From a virus, in IMG/VR virus record IMGVR_UViG_3300005337_000001, positions 1 to 64,000 of that record: a stretch of DNA of 64,000 nt; one strand, 5' to 3'. The position numbers and the translations under genes were made by a program. The notes under the pieces were generated by a model, which did no database searches, was not told the origin of the DNA, and was given only the letters and a program-made list of their open reading frames with translations. Of this stretch, positions 34,150-43,565 are shown piece after piece (the stretch's first letter is position 1; each line of letters opens with the position of its first letter).

Positions 34150-34367
34150 GAGGTGCCCTTTCTGTAGAGAAGTAGGTGGAAGCAGAGCCACACTGCAGCG
34201 ATTGCTGTGAGGTAGCCCTGCCAAAAGACGCATTCGATGTTGTAGGTGTCGTAGCTGAAAGCGAACAGCCTGAGCTCGATGTCGAATGCGAAGTAGGTGA
34301 GAAAGAAGCTCGAGGCCAACCGCAGCATGAAGCGCTGGAAAGAGTCAGCCCATTCCTTCAGCTTCAC
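34146..34367 (-). CDS. small membrane protein
   Basis: Two hydrophobic segments. Confidence 0.55.
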   Translation of the reverse strand: MKLKEWADSFQRFMLRLASSFFLTYFAFDIELRLFAFSYDTYNIECVFWQGYLTAIAAVWLCFHLLLYRKGTS

Positions 34368-34834
34368 GGCTTCGGCTCGTCGCCAGCTGTGTCCTGCTCA
34401 GGGTTGTCGTCGTACTTCACCCAGGCGATAGATTCTGGCTTGACGCAGACGATCTTGTCGATGAAGAGCAACGGGTAATTGCCGTCTTCCCGACAGCGCG
34501 CGAAGAGCCGGTTGCGCTTCTGCTGCCGCAGCATCACAAGACGCTCTGCAGCTTCGTTACGCTCTGTTTCTCGCGCGAGAACCTCTGCGATTTTGTGCGC
34601 ATCGCGATCCTTTACATTCTGCCCCATGCGGAAGAGAGCAGTGGCTACAAACAGAGCCACGCAGAAGAAGGCCAGCAGCCAGGCCCACGGCGGTATCTTC
34701 CGGTCGGGCTTCCACAGCTTCGATGGTGGCAGTGGAGCACGCCCTGGCTTGAGCCCTGGCGGCTGCACCTGGTTCGCGTTCCCGCGCGTAGGCACAGACT
34801 GCGTCCTTCCGTGCTCGTCGACTTCGAATTTCAC
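34364..34834 (-). CDS. single-pass membrane protein
   Basis: WAWLLAFFCVALFVATALF followed by coiled coil. Confidence 0.65.
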   Translation of the reverse strand: MKFEVDEHGRTQSVPTRGNANQVQPPGLKPGRAPLPPSKLWKPDRKIPPWAWLLAFFCVALFVATALFRMGQNVKDRDAHKIAEVLARETERNEAAERLVMLRQQKRNRLFARCREDGNYPLLFIDKIVCVKPESIAWVKYDDNPEQDTAGDEPKP

Positions 34835-35139
34835 GACGGCGCCTTCGACAGGTCGGGGCCAGGTTCGTGTTTCAGTACACGTTCTGCAGCCTGCTCCAAG
34901 GACTGCGCAAGCCTATTGTCCGAGTCTGACAACAAACCAAGCTCGGCCGTGGCTTGGGCAGAAAGAGCACAGCGCTGCACGTCTGGGTCGAGCCGCTCGC
35001 GCAGGTCCATGGCCACGAGGAGTGCGAGTAGATCGACGGGACGCACCAACACCCCTGACTCGGCGGTGCCGTTCGCAATCTGGCGCTCGACATGCTCGCG
35101 CAGCTGTTCAGTCGTTATTCCGCTAGGTAGCTTCATCAA
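34831..35139 (-). CDS. hypothetical protein (LAQSLEQAA motif variant)
   Basis: Coupled ORF. Confidence 0.6.
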   Translation of the reverse strand: MMKLPSGITTEQLREHVERQIANGTAESGVLVRPVDLLALLVAMDLRERLDPDVQRCALSAQATAELGLLSDSDNRLAQSLEQAAERVLKHEPGPDLSKAPS

Positions 35140-35753
35140 ATCCTCACTGTCTTGTAGCTGTGAAAGAACGTGCGTAGCACAGCGTCTGCCCGCGCTTGCA
35201 AGCTACGAAGAGCTTCCTCCTCGGTAGCCTCCGAAACTTCGATCAACTTTGGCTCACCGCCGCGCAGGTCAGCCAGCACGGTGAACGCTGTGTAAAGACC
35301 GGTCTGCATGTCCTTGCCCACGATGGCCTGGAACTCGGCGGGCGCGTCCTCGGGTTGTTTCTTCTTGGGAGCCTCTCCCGGCATGGGTGGCACCTCGATG
35401 ATGCTGTAGTGCGTGACCTCGTGCTCGCTAAAGCGCTTGCTGAAGTTCTTGCCCTCGCCAGGCTCGAGAGGCCACCAATTACCAAGAGGCTTGCCTTCTG
35501 TACTTGGTGCCATTGGGTGCCACTCACGGATGTAGCGCTTCTTGTCGTGGATCACCCAAGCAACAGTACCGTGCGGCAGGCCAACGCCGTTACCTATGAC
35601 GAACTTCCCAAGCGCTTCTACTGCACCAAGCATGGCGTCGAGCTCGTCTGCGCAGCGGTAGTAAGCCTGCCGTACACGTTGGTGATTGACCAGGGTCGGT
35701 GAGTCGCCGGCGCTGCGCCAATCCTTGGTGAGCTTCTTCAGAAAATTGGTCAT
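35136..35753 (-). CDS. hypothetical protein
   Basis: Coupled ORF. Confidence 0.65.
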   Translation of the reverse strand: MTNFLKKLTKDWRSAGDSPTLVNHQRVRQAYYRCADELDAMLGAVEALGKFVIGNGVGLPHGTVAWVIHDKKRYIREWHPMAPSTEGKPLGNWWPLEPGEGKNFSKRFSEHEVTHYSIIEVPPMPGEAPKKKQPEDAPAEFQAIVGKDMQTGLYTAFTVLADLRGGEPKLIEVSEATEEEALRSLQARADAVLRTFFHSYKTVRI

Positions 35754-36046
35754 GGGTAGAGCCTCACCGAAGTGTCGTTGGGGTTGTAGTTGTCAGCTTG
35801 GAACTTCAACCAGATGCGGCTACGCAGCGTCTCGTCACGCTGACCCCATGGCAGCTTGAAACCACAGAACTCAGCTGGTTCGCGTGTGAGATTGAAGCTA
35901 CGTGCAGCTTTGTCCAACATCTTGCCGCTGGTGCGGTCGAGTGCTACGCCTACTATCCCTGGACGCATGCCTCGGCGGTTGAAGTAGACCAGCATCTCCT
36001 GCCGGTTCATACAACTAGTGACTGGTTCAAGTTCGGATGTGGACAT
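35750..36046 (-). CDS. small protein with baseplate-like G..LD..R..D..LR.RI motif
   Basis: SGKMLDKAARSFNLTREP..RDETLRSRI. Confidence 0.45.
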   Translation of the reverse strand: MSTSELEPVTSCMNRQEMLVYFNRRGMRPGIVGVALDRTSGKMLDKAARSFNLTREPAEFCGFKLPWGQRDETLRSRIWLKFQADNYNPNDTSVRLYP

Positions 36047-36318
36047 GGTGGCCTTTCGAAATGTCCGGGTCGGCAAATGAAGCAGCCGATGTCGTACGCG
36101 CCGTCGCAGGCGCAGCCGTTTTGTTCCACGAAGCAGGCGTCGCACCTGCCGCACTTCCCTCTATTGCTACGACTGGTACATGGACATGGTGACGTATGCA
36201 GGACGTCGAGCTCGCCTTTGTGCCAAACGTAGCCAGGTAGGTCTTCTACGCTGACGCTGGGCGTCAGAGCGCCGCCGCACAGCGCGCAGTTCTTAGTCAA
36301 GTCGAGCGCGTTCGCCAT
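36007..36318 (-). CDS. Cys-rich hypothetical protein
   Basis: Multiple CxxC. Confidence 0.5.
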   Translation of the reverse strand: MANALDLTKNCALCGGALTPSVSVEDLPGYVWHKGELDVLHTSPCPCTSRSNRGKCGRCDACFVEQNGCACDGAYDIGCFICRPGHFERPPCPHPNLNQSLVV

Positions 36319-36547
36319 TGTCCAATTTCTCCACAGCCTCGAGCGTCTTCTTGGCTAGGTTTTGAAGCAGCCGCAAGGTGAACGGTGAGATGCCCGGTTG
36401 CGTGAGCGTTTCGTTCACCAACGTGCGCAGCACAACCTCGCAGGCAGCGCGTGTTCTACTGTGGTGCATGATCGGGTCACCGCGATGCTCGTAGGCCACA
36501 GCGAGATGCTCGTTGATCTCGGCCTTGGCCTTCTCGATGTGGCTCAT
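36293..36547 (-). CDS. hypothetical protein
   Basis: Coupled ORF. Confidence 0.55.
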   Translation of the reverse strand: MSHIEKAKAEINEHLAVAYEHRGDPIMHHSRTRAACEVVLRTLVNETLTQPGISPFTLRLLQNLAKKTLEAVEKLDNGERARLD

Positions 36548-37266
36548 CGGTGCTCCGGCGGCGCACACTCCCAACAGCCAACACCGCCGCATTTGCAGCT
36601 AGCTTGCTTGAACGAGATACTCTCTTCGTGAATACCGTGCGTGTACGTGCGATCGACTTTAGGTGCTGGCCCAGCATCGTTGGGGTACTCCTTCTCGAGC
36701 TGCAGCATTGCCTTGGCTGCAGCTTCGACAGCGGCGTCGAGCTCCTTGCCATCTTGTGCAGCCAGCCAACCCGACATGGCTGAGCTGAGAGGATTGCCGT
36801 CACCCTCAGTGAAACGGCGAAGCTTCTGCACAGCGACCATGATGCCGCGCGTACCCTCGAGCGCCTTCACGGCGATGCTCAAGTGCCGACCGTATGTGAT
36901 GGTCTCCAACGCGGCGGAGTTCGCACGACGTGTCGCCTCAGCCAGTTGTCTCTCCAGAGATTGGACGTACGTGTCCCTCGCCCAGTCCATGGAGACCTTG
37001 GGGATGGCCACCGTCTCACGCCGGCCGCTGGGGCCTGACTGCCAGGTCACTTCGATCGACTCGCCACCATGGCGGCGCTGCCAATCGCGGATGAGTGGGA
37101 TGATCGAGCTCGGGCGCGCATCCTCAAAAAGCTGGTTGTGCTCCAGCAAGTCCATCGCCAGTGCGCCTGGCCCCCACGTGATGATCTCTTCGTAGCCGTT
37201 GGCTAAGGCCGCCGTGTCGAGTGCTTCGTCGATCTGTGCCTGCGTGAATTCGGGTTGGTTGCTCAT
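36544..37266 (-). CDS. hypothetical protein
   Basis: AAGGAG RBS; first gene after the promoter motif. Confidence 0.7.
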   Translation of the reverse strand: MSNQPEFTQAQIDEALDTAALANGYEEIITWGPGALAMDLLEHNQLFEDARPSSIIPLIRDWQRRHGGESIEVTWQSGPSGRRETVAIPKVSMDWARDTYVQSLERQLAEATRRANSAALETITYGRHLSIAVKALEGTRGIMVAVQKLRRFTEGDGNPLSSAMSGWLAAQDGKELDAAVEAAAKAMLQLEKEYPNDAGPAPKVDRTYTHGIHEESISFKQASCKCGGVGCWECAPPEHR

Positions 37267-37285
37267 GGGAAGTCTCCTTCCCAGC

Positions 37286-37298
37286 TCTTATGCCCTAA
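37286..37298 (-). promoter_or_regulatory. phage promoter-like motif TTAGGGCATAAGA
   Basis: Recurrent motif about 20 nt before the ATG at 37266. Confidence 0.6.
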
Positions 37299-37324
37299 AA
37301 AAAAGAGGTTTTGGAGGCGCAGCG

Positions 37325-38527
37325 TCAGGCGTACTTGCCGTGAATCACGATGCGGCCGGGTGAGCCCTTGCCGCCCTGAGCGCCAGCTGCACCAGGCAGC
37401 GCAGCGCCGACTGAACAGCCGCCGCCTCCGCCGCCTCCACCGCCTCCGCCGCCCTGACCATTGACGCCCGCGGCGCCGGGGCTGCCAGGCGTGAGGCCTG
37501 CGTTGGTGTCAGCCGCACCGCCGTGACCTGGCTGACCGCCTACACCGTCAGTCGCGGCCGTGGCGACGCCCTCGAGCTTGAGCATGTCGGCGATACCACC
37601 ATTACCGCCATCGCCGCCGGCTCCGCCACCACCACGGTTCGAGCCGTTGCCAGAGCCGCCGTTATTGCCCGTCGCACCATTGATTGAACCGGTCACGCCG
37701 TAGCGGTTGTAGATCAGGGAGCCCTTGTTTGCGGTGTTGCCGCCGCTCGTTCCGGTCGGGCCTCCGCCGGCGCCGCTCGCGCCTGGCGCGCCTGCCGCAC
37801 CGCTTGCCACGCTGCCTGTGCCGTTGGTTCCCGTACCGATCGCAGGCGACGCGCCGCCAGCACCAACTAGCCCAGTGAGACCAGCAGGGCCACCGCCACC
37901 GATGCCAGTGTTGGTTGAGGTAACGCCGCCGGGCCAAGCGTCGACAATCAGCCCGCTCACGCTGCCGACGATCGAAGTAGTGCCACCGAGCGAGCCAGGG
38001 CTGCCAGGCGCGCCGGCAGCACCGCCATTGCCTCCCGAGCCGCCGTCACCGATCGTAATCGTCAGCGTTTCGCCGGGTACGATTGAAATGGTGTTGGTGT
38101 AGTAAGAGATTTGCGGCCCGCCGCCGCCTCCACCTCGACCGCCGCTTCCGCCTCCACCTGCGGTAGCTGCATTGAAGCCTGGTCCACCGCCTCCACCTCC
38201 GCCGCCTCCCGAGCTCGCAGGGCGTACTTCAAGTGTGATGTAGGGCGACGCAGTGAGCGGCCATACGACAGTGTAGACGCCCGGTGTGTTGTAGACCTGT
38301 TGGATGGGCGTAGCCGAAGCGATGAGCGCCAGCAGTGCGAGCATGTCGTCGCTGAACAAGAACTTTTTGAAGTTCGCAAGGCTGCCCGAACCAAGCGCAA
38401 TCGGAAGATAGATCGTGCTGTCTACCCGGAAGCGGCGGCCTTGGTCGATGTCGTCTTGCGTAACCGTGTACAGAAGCAGTTCATCGATAGAAATGAACGA
38501 CGCAGTGAGCGCAAAGTATTCCTTCAT
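37325..38527 (-). CDS. glycine-rich virion/tail-fibre-type protein
   Basis: YNTPGVYT..poly-G tracts..LTITIGDGGSGG..GSPGRIVI. Confidence 0.75.
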   Translation of the reverse strand: MKEYFALTASFISIDELLLYTVTQDDIDQGRRFRVDSTIYLPIALGSGSLANFKKFLFSDDMLALLALIASATPIQQVYNTPGVYTVVWPLTASPYITLEVRPASSGGGGGGGGGPGFNAATAGGGGSGGRGGGGGGPQISYYTNTISIVPGETLTITIGDGGSGGNGGAAGAPGSPGSLGGTTSIVGSVSGLIVDAWPGGVTSTNTGIGGGGPAGLTGLVGAGGASPAIGTGTNGTGSVASGAAGAPGASGAGGGPTGTSGGNTANKGSLIYNRYGVTGSINGATGNNGGSGNGSNRGGGGAGGDGGNGGIADMLKLEGVATAATDGVGGQPGHGGAADTNAGLTPGSPGAAGVNGQGGGGGGGGGGGGCSVGAALPGAAGAQGGKGSPGRIVIHGKYA

Positions 38528-38566
38528 CGCGCAGCCTTCACAGTCATTGCGCAGGAAGTATAGCTT

Positions 38567-38914
38567 CTACTCGGGAGTAACCACAGGCTCGATCACGTCG
38601 GGGTTCTCGATGAGCATGTCGACAGCGCCGCTGCCGAACGGAGCCAGATACACGACGCGTGCGTAGCCATCTTCTGGTGGCTTCAAACAAGTACGGAAGA
38701 GCTCACCTTCCGTAACGCCGGCTACCTCCAAGTGCGCACGAATCGACGGCGAGTCGAAGGCGGTGTTGCCGTCTCCAGTCACGATCACAGCAGCTGGTGG
38801 CTTCATCCCACGCACCAACGTGTTCACGTCGTCGAGATTCTGCTGGAGGAAAGCGACGAGCTCCGGCGATACGGCGCCGTCGCTGTTGTTCTTGTAAGTG
38901 GCTGCGAGTTTCAT
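38567..38914 (-). CDS. hypothetical protein
   Basis: GGAG RBS before MKLAAT. Confidence 0.6.
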   Translation of the reverse strand: MKLAATYKNNSDGAVSPELVAFLQQNLDDVNTLVRGMKPPAAVIVTGDGNTAFDSPSIRAHLEVAGVTEGELFRTCLKPPEDGYARVVYLAPFGSGAVDMLIENPDVIEPVVTPE

Positions 38915-39402
38915 GGATCCTGCTCTCCTGTGGCTGGAGGCTCGATTGTACCGCAGACGGAGCCAGGCTGGCCAGGCTCGTTCGAGCCGGTGCATGCGAG
39001 CTCGTGGTCGCTGGCTTTTGGGCAGCGCTTGTTGCCGCAGGTAGGACACACCACGTAGATGGCGACGTTCTTGCCGGCCAAGCACTTCCAACAGATGCAC
39101 TCGCCGGGCTTGGGCGTGTACAGGTTCATCGCCGCGTTCAGCTCGTCGAGCTTACGTCGCTCCTCCAGCATGTCCTCATGCTCGAGCACAGCTGTGCCCA
39201 GCGCATGCGCGTCGAAGTAGTACGTGCGTGAGGTCTTGTCGACGTTGCGCATGGTGACCACGACCCCAGCACCGCTGAGGGTAGGCTCTACCACTATTTG
39301 TCTGCCGTCAGGAAGGTCAGCCGTAGCGCCGGCCATCCTGAAGTAGAGCTTGTGGTCGGAACGCTCGACGGTGATCTTAAGCTCAATCTTCTCGTCTTGC
39401 AC
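38911..39402 (-). CDS. protein with C-terminal CPxCGNKRCP zinc-binding module
   Basis: CICWKC..CPTCGNKRCPKASDHELACTGSNEPGQPGS. Confidence 0.65.
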   Translation of the reverse strand: MQDEKIELKITVERSDHKLYFRMAGATADLPDGRQIVVEPTLSGAGVVVTMRNVDKTSRTYYFDAHALGTAVLEHEDMLEERRKLDELNAAMNLYTPKPGECICWKCLAGKNVAIYVVCPTCGNKRCPKASDHELACTGSNEPGQPGSVCGTIEPPATGEQDP

Positions 39403-39898
39403 GAAGCACAGCTCCTTTCACAGGCAAGCCCCGCAGCTGTTCGCGCTGCTCTTTCGTGGGCACGCTGAAGCCTAGCAGCTTGCCCGACTCATCGTCGTAG
39501 CTGGCAACAACATAGCCCACACCGTCTTCTCCGACGCCGATGAGTCCGTTGATCACACCAAGCATGCCGATGATGTACGCTGGCGAGGCTGTCCACGGAA
39601 CCTCTTCGGTCTGCACCGTCGGATGCTCGGACAGCTCACAGTTGGCCGGCACGCGATAGTTCACGAGCGCGGAGATCGCTGTCTCATGGAGCTTGTGGAG
39701 CTCGTTCAAGTAGTCGACAGTCTCTTGAGCCAGCTGCAGCTTGGCCGCTTCGCTGCGCGCCAGGATGGTCTTGGCTGGCTGCGGCTCTTTGAGCTGCCTG
39801 GCTCGGTCAAGCATCGACGCCATGGTTGCGCACATGCACGGCGCCGAAGAACAAGCTTCACACAGGCCGTGGTTTCGGCCTCCATCTTCTCGACTCAT
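39383..39898 (-). CDS. hypothetical protein
   Basis: Start re-picked at MSREDG. Confidence 0.6.
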   Translation of the reverse strand: MSREDGGRNHGLCEACSSAPCMCATMASMLDRARQLKEPQPAKTILARSEAAKLQLAQETVDYLNELHKLHETAISALVNYRVPANCELSEHPTVQTEEVPWTASPAYIIGMLGVINGLIGVGEDGVGYVVASYDDESGKLLGFSVPTKEQREQLRGLPVKGAVLRARRED

Positions 39899-40284
39899 GG
39901 TACTTTCCTTAGGTAGCGCTGCATCAGCCAATGCCATTGGTAGTAGGGACCGGTGAGCGGCGGATCGAGACGAGCCTGCCATTCGTCTTCGTTGTCTTCC
40001 ACAGTTTGTACTTCAGCCAGGCTGTGCTCGGTGCCGGTGTTCTTGAAGATGTAGCGGTCGCCCACCTTCGGCAGCTCTGGCACGTACCGCTCAGTGGCTT
40101 TCGCTATGCATTCAGGCAGGCGCTTGTACGCATGAACGCCTTCGCTGTCTGACCACTCGCGCTTCTCGTGAAAGATGCCGCAGTTCTCTTCGGGGTAATC
40201 ACCGGTGTTACCAGCGCAGCGGTGATGGCACAGCACCGGCGTGAGCACGGTGACGACCTCGAGCCGCAAGAACTTGAGCTTCAC
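39895..40284 (-). CDS. hypothetical protein
   Basis: Coupled ORF. Confidence 0.55.
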   Translation of the reverse strand: MKLKFLRLEVVTVLTPVLCHHRCAGNTGDYPEENCGIFHEKREWSDSEGVHAYKRLPECIAKATERYVPELPKVGDRYIFKNTGTEHSLAEVQTVEDNEDEWQARLDPPLTGPYYQWHWLMQRYLRKVP

Positions 40285-40526
40285 AGCTCGATCTCCAAGT
40301 CCTCGATAGTCTTCGCTGTCTCTCGCTCGAAGTATCTGCGCACGTAGTCGCGCAGCGAGTCCAACGCCGCTTCTTTGCTAGCGCAGTGATTGCTGTAGAT
40401 CCTAGCCCCACCAGCTGGCGCCCAACTGGCACTGAAGCGGTTCGCAGGGTCTACCTTCCGGTACGGCGGACCCTTTGCGTTCCACTTGTCAACGTCGAGC
40501 TCGACGACCGTTACCATGATTTTCAT
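40281..40526 (-). CDS. hypothetical protein
   Basis: Coupled ORF. Confidence 0.55.
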   Translation of the reverse strand: MKIMVTVVELDVDKWNAKGPPYRKVDPANRFSASWAPAGGARIYSNHCASKEAALDSLRDYVRRYFERETAKTIEDLEIEL

Positions 40527-40538
40527 GTAGTAGCCTCT

Positions 40539-40799
40539 CTAGCGTGGAGCGCCAGCCATGCGCAGCTGGAACGCAAGCAGCTCTGGGAGCTCATCGGTCT
40601 GCCTCAAGTTAGTGGCACCACACTGCGGGCAGTCACCATGGATCCTGCCGTCTGGTGGACGAAGAATTCCAAGCCGCCAGCGCCCGATGAAGCCGCAGTT
40701 CCCGCACTTGGCCAGCACGCACTCGCTATTCATTTCGGCGGTGAAGCGCTCAGCCAACACAGAGGCAGGGTGAACGTCGAAGCGCAGATGACCTACCAT
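40539..40799 (-). CDS. zinc-ribbon protein
   Basis: CGNCG..CPQCG. Confidence 0.6.
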   Translation of the reverse strand: MVGHLRFDVHPASVLAERFTAEMNSECVLAKCGNCGFIGRWRLGILRPPDGRIHGDCPQCGATNLRQTDELPELLAFQLRMAGAPR

Positions 40800-40810
40800 A
40801 ACTAATCCTT

Positions 40811-41065
40811 TCAGATAGCGACCGGTTTGTAGCGCCCCTCGTCACCGACGTGGATGGGACAAGGTACTGGGTGTGGGCCAACGCACTGCGTGCAGAATAG
40901 ACGGCAAGGCACGACGCCGGTCTCATCCAAGAAGGTGGCGCGCGCTTCGTAGCGCTTTAGCTGTTCGTACTCCGTGCGGCTGAGGGTGACAGCCACTTCT
41001 TCGCAGCGAGGGCACAAGCAATCCTTGCCGTGACCTGTCAGCGGATGTCGATAATGCTCGGTCAT
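40811..41065 (-). CDS. small Cys/His-rich protein
   Basis: HGKDCLCPRC..CTQC..CPIH. Confidence 0.55.
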   Translation of the reverse strand: MTEHYRHPLTGHGKDCLCPRCEEVAVTLSRTEYEQLKRYEARATFLDETGVVPCRLFCTQCVGPHPVPCPIHVGDEGRYKPVAI

Positions 41066-41268
41066 TCTTTCTTCACGTGGACGGTGGGGTATTTGACTGC
41101 GCGTGCGCTCATGACGACAGGATGAACCACCCGCACCACACGGTACAGCGTGGGCTTGTGCCTATCCGTCGCTTGAATGGTGAGCAAATCGTCAGGGCGA
41201 GGCAGCGCCTCAGCGTCGAGAGCAACGTCACCCAGATTGAGGCCTTCGATGTTGAGCAGGAACTTCAT
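41062..41268 (-). CDS. hypothetical protein
   Basis: Start re-picked at MKFLLN. Confidence 0.55.
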   Translation of the reverse strand: MKFLLNIEGLNLGDVALDAEALPRPDDLLTIQATDRHKPTLYRVVRVVHPVVMSARAVKYPTVHVKKE

Positions 41269-41334
41269 AGGCTCTCCAAAAGCAGAGGACCTGGGTGCAA
41301 AGGCCGCCCAGGTCCTACGTTCACACACGCGTCT

Positions 41335-41955
41335 TCAGATGTCGCCGCATTGATTGCTGACGAACTTTGCTTTCACGCTCTTCCACGTCGTCACGCCATT
41401 GACCGTGTTCCAGCCCTCGAACCAGAAGCTCGAGTCCGCGCCGGTGTTTTGGCGGATGCGCGAGACGCCGTCGCTGAAAGTGGCGGTGCTTTGCAGACCG
41501 GTGAGGGCGCCAAGGCCGTAGAGCTCCATGACCTTCAGACCGTTCACGGTCCAGCGCGAGATGGCCACTGATTGCAAACCTCCCGGAGTCGATTCCTGTA
41601 GGAACTGAGTGTCGATCCGCCAGGTCGTCAGGCGACCAGCTGGCCATGCGCTGCAAGACAGGCCGCCGATCGTGCAAGCAGTCCCAAGGCGAACGACAGC
41701 GCCGCTCTGAGCCGCCCAGCTCAGCTTCGCCGGGCCGCCGAAGTTGGTCATCACGGCGGTAGAGAAGGACTCGGCGGGAGGACCGCTCCACAGGTTGAAG
41801 GTCGTGATGTACTGCGGATTCGGAGCGGCTCCGGACATGGTACCAACGGTGCCGGTCGCGATGGGAGGGCCTGAGCACGTGTAGTAGGCCGCTGCTGGCA
41901 ATGTAAACACCGTGACGAGAGTGAGGACGAGTAACGAGAGTAGCTTCTTCTTCAT
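41335..41955 (-). CDS. secreted beta-rich protein
   Basis: Signal peptide MKKKLLSLLVLTLVTVFTLPAAA; four Cys. Confidence 0.75.
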   Translation of the reverse strand: MKKKLLSLLVLTLVTVFTLPAAAYYTCSGPPIATGTVGTMSGAAPNPQYITTFNLWSGPPAESFSTAVMTNFGGPAKLSWAAQSGAVVRLGTACTIGGLSCSAWPAGRLTTWRIDTQFLQESTPGGLQSVAISRWTVNGLKVMELYGLGALTGLQSTATFSDGVSRIRQNTGADSSFWFEGWNTVNGVTTWKSVKAKFVSNQCGDI

Positions 41956-42377
41956 TTGGTTTCGGTTCCTTGTAGTGGCGAGGGAACATCCCCCTTTGGT
42001 TGAGAATCTTTCGTAGGCTTGGGCTCGTTGGCACACAAGTGCGGGTGCTTCTTGCAGCTTTCACAGAAGGCAATGCGCACGATGTGGCCGGTGGGTGTGC
42101 CAAGGAAGGGATCGCGCCGGCGGAACCAGCCCTCGTAGTCCGCGGGGTTCGGACAGCCAGGGAATTCGCAGGGTATGGCCGGCGGCTCTGGCGCGCGCTT
42201 GTTCCACTTCGCAGCTGCGTGCTCCTGCATCTGCTCGTCCGTCGTCTCGAGGTTATCGCCGACCTCCTTGTCCGGGTTGGGGCCGAAGCCGCCGCAGCTG
42301 TCGCAGATGATGCAGCTGGTGTCGGGATCGAAGGTCAGATCGGTGCTGCCGCAGAACGGGCAGGGCTTGAGCGACAT
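41952..42377 (-). CDS. Lar-like (restriction alleviation) zinc-ribbon protein with second Cys module
   Basis: MSLKPCPFCGS..IICDSCGGFGP..AAAKWNKRA. Confidence 0.65.
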   Translation of the reverse strand: MSLKPCPFCGSTDLTFDPDTSCIICDSCGGFGPNPDKEVGDNLETTDEQMQEHAAAKWNKRAPEPPAIPCEFPGCPNPADYEGWFRRRDPFLGTPTGHIVRIAFCESCKKHPHLCANEPKPTKDSQPKGDVPSPLQGTETK

Positions 42378-42593
42378 CTAGTGCACCTTCCTGGGCTTGC
42401 GCTTCCTCGGCTCAGGCATCTCTTCCAAGATGTCCTTTGCCATCTGGCGCAGCATCTTCTTGTCGCGCAGTGCGAACTTCACCTCGCCGTCGACAGTTGT
42501 CGCTGTGACCAAGAGCCACGACGCCTTCTTATCCTCGCAGATGAGATGGATCGAGCACTTCTGCGTCACAACGTGATGGCTTGCTTTGCTCAT
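42378..42593 (-). CDS. hypothetical protein
   Basis: AAGGA RBS. Confidence 0.55.
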   Translation of the reverse strand: MSKASHHVVTQKCSIHLICEDKKASWLLVTATTVDGEVKFALRDKKMLRQMAKDILEEMPEPRKRKPRKVH

Positions 42594-42600
42594 GTTGTCC

Positions 42601-42825
42601 TTATTCCGTAGGCCAGCGGTTCCTGAAGAGGCGCCATGGCTCTGTGCGCAGACGCTTGTCGTACTCTTGCCTGATGCGCTTGGCCAAAGACGGCCCGATG
42701 TTCCAGCGGCTGTGCTCGAGCAGCTGAGCCGCTAGAAGGATCGACTGCTTCTGGCCGAGGCTGTAAGCCCACTTCATCGAGCAGATCCAGGCAACCACGA
42801 TGGCAAGCCACTCGTCCCAGCTCAT
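42601..42825 (-). CDS. small membrane-anchored protein
   Basis: N-terminal hydrophobic segment. Confidence 0.5.
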   Translation of the reverse strand: MSWDEWLAIVVAWICSMKWAYSLGQKQSILLAAQLLEHSRWNIGPSLAKRIRQEYDKRLRTEPWRLFRNRWPTE

Positions 42826-43226
42826 AGCGACAGCTCCTGCCAGCGCTTGCGCATGTGGTCCATGATCACCTCGGGTACGTTGTGCGTCGAAGGCCAGGCG
42901 CCTTTAGCCTCGTGGAAGGCGGTCACGAAGCCAAGGTCTCGGTAGGGTTGCATATCCTCGAGCGTGACGAAGGTGTTCGACACCACGACGCGCTTGCCGA
43001 TGTGCAGCATGACGCGCGTCGTCTCCAAGCACCAACGATGCGCAGCCGACGCTTTGGCCGTGTCGTAGACGTACTCGCCCAGTTTCATGTGATACATGTC
43101 GGCTTCAAGATGCATGTCGTATTGGCCGCAGTGCAGCAGCGCCAGAGCGGCGGTGGTCTTCCCAGAGCCTGGCAGACCACGAATGAGCAGCAGCGGCGCT
43201 TTCATAAATTCGAGCGGGTCGGTCAT
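42822..43226 (-). CDS. AAA_33 / polynucleotide-kinase-like P-loop protein
   Basis: LLIRGLPGSGKTT, HLEADMY, VVVSNTF, HNVPEV. Confidence 0.85.
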   Translation of the reverse strand: MTDPLEFMKAPLLLIRGLPGSGKTTAALALLHCGQYDMHLEADMYHMKLGEYVYDTAKASAAHRWCLETTRVMLHIGKRVVVSNTFVTLEDMQPYRDLGFVTAFHEAKGAWPSTHNVPEVIMDHMRKRWQELSL

Positions 43227-43229
43227 TGG

Positions 43230-43565
43230 TTACCTCATGAAGAACAGGTCGACGCGCTTGTCGTTGTACGCCCAAACCTCGACATGCTTCGCATCGCTAG
43301 AGCCTTCACGCTCCCACGCAGCAGCAACCCTGGCCCTAGAAATGACGGGCCTCAAGCCAGCTATGGTCAGTTCAAGCCGAGCGGACTCTACGTCCACGCG
43401 GTTCGAGCTGTGCGGAAACAAGATCAGGTCGAGGTCGTTGGTTGAATGCCCTTCGATGAGCACGCTGCCCATCAGCGCTACGTGGAAACCAACCTGCGTG
43501 AGCTTTGGCTCTAGCATGCGTATGAGCGCCAGCGCTTCTTCGAGAGACCAAGGACTTCGGCTCAT
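43230..43565 (-). CDS. minimal Pol-beta-superfamily nucleotidyltransferase-like protein
   Basis: ALMGSVLIEGHSTNDLDL (GS + DxD) and distal VDLF. Confidence 0.65.
   Translation of the reverse strand: MSRSPWSLEEALALIRMLEPKLTQVGFHVALMGSVLIEGHSTNDLDLILFPHSSNRVDVESARLELTIAGLRPVISRARVAAAWEREGSSDAKHVEVWAYNDKRVDLFFMR

Noticed and set aside
37325-38527. GGC/GCC-rich repeats as a possible CRISPR or DNA repeat array
   Set aside because: They are Gly codons of a coding sequence with no fixed-length repeat-spacer structure. No CRISPR array was seen anywhere in the window.
41321-42103. 260-aa alternative-frame ORF
   Set aside because: Overlaps the signal-peptide gene 41335-41955 and the Lar-like gene on the same strand; Arg/Ser-rich shadow composition.
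42526-42540. GCGAGGATAAGA on the minus strand as another promoter motif
   Set aside because: It lies mid-ORF (encodes CEDKK), mismatches the GGG core and is about 150 nt from the next start.
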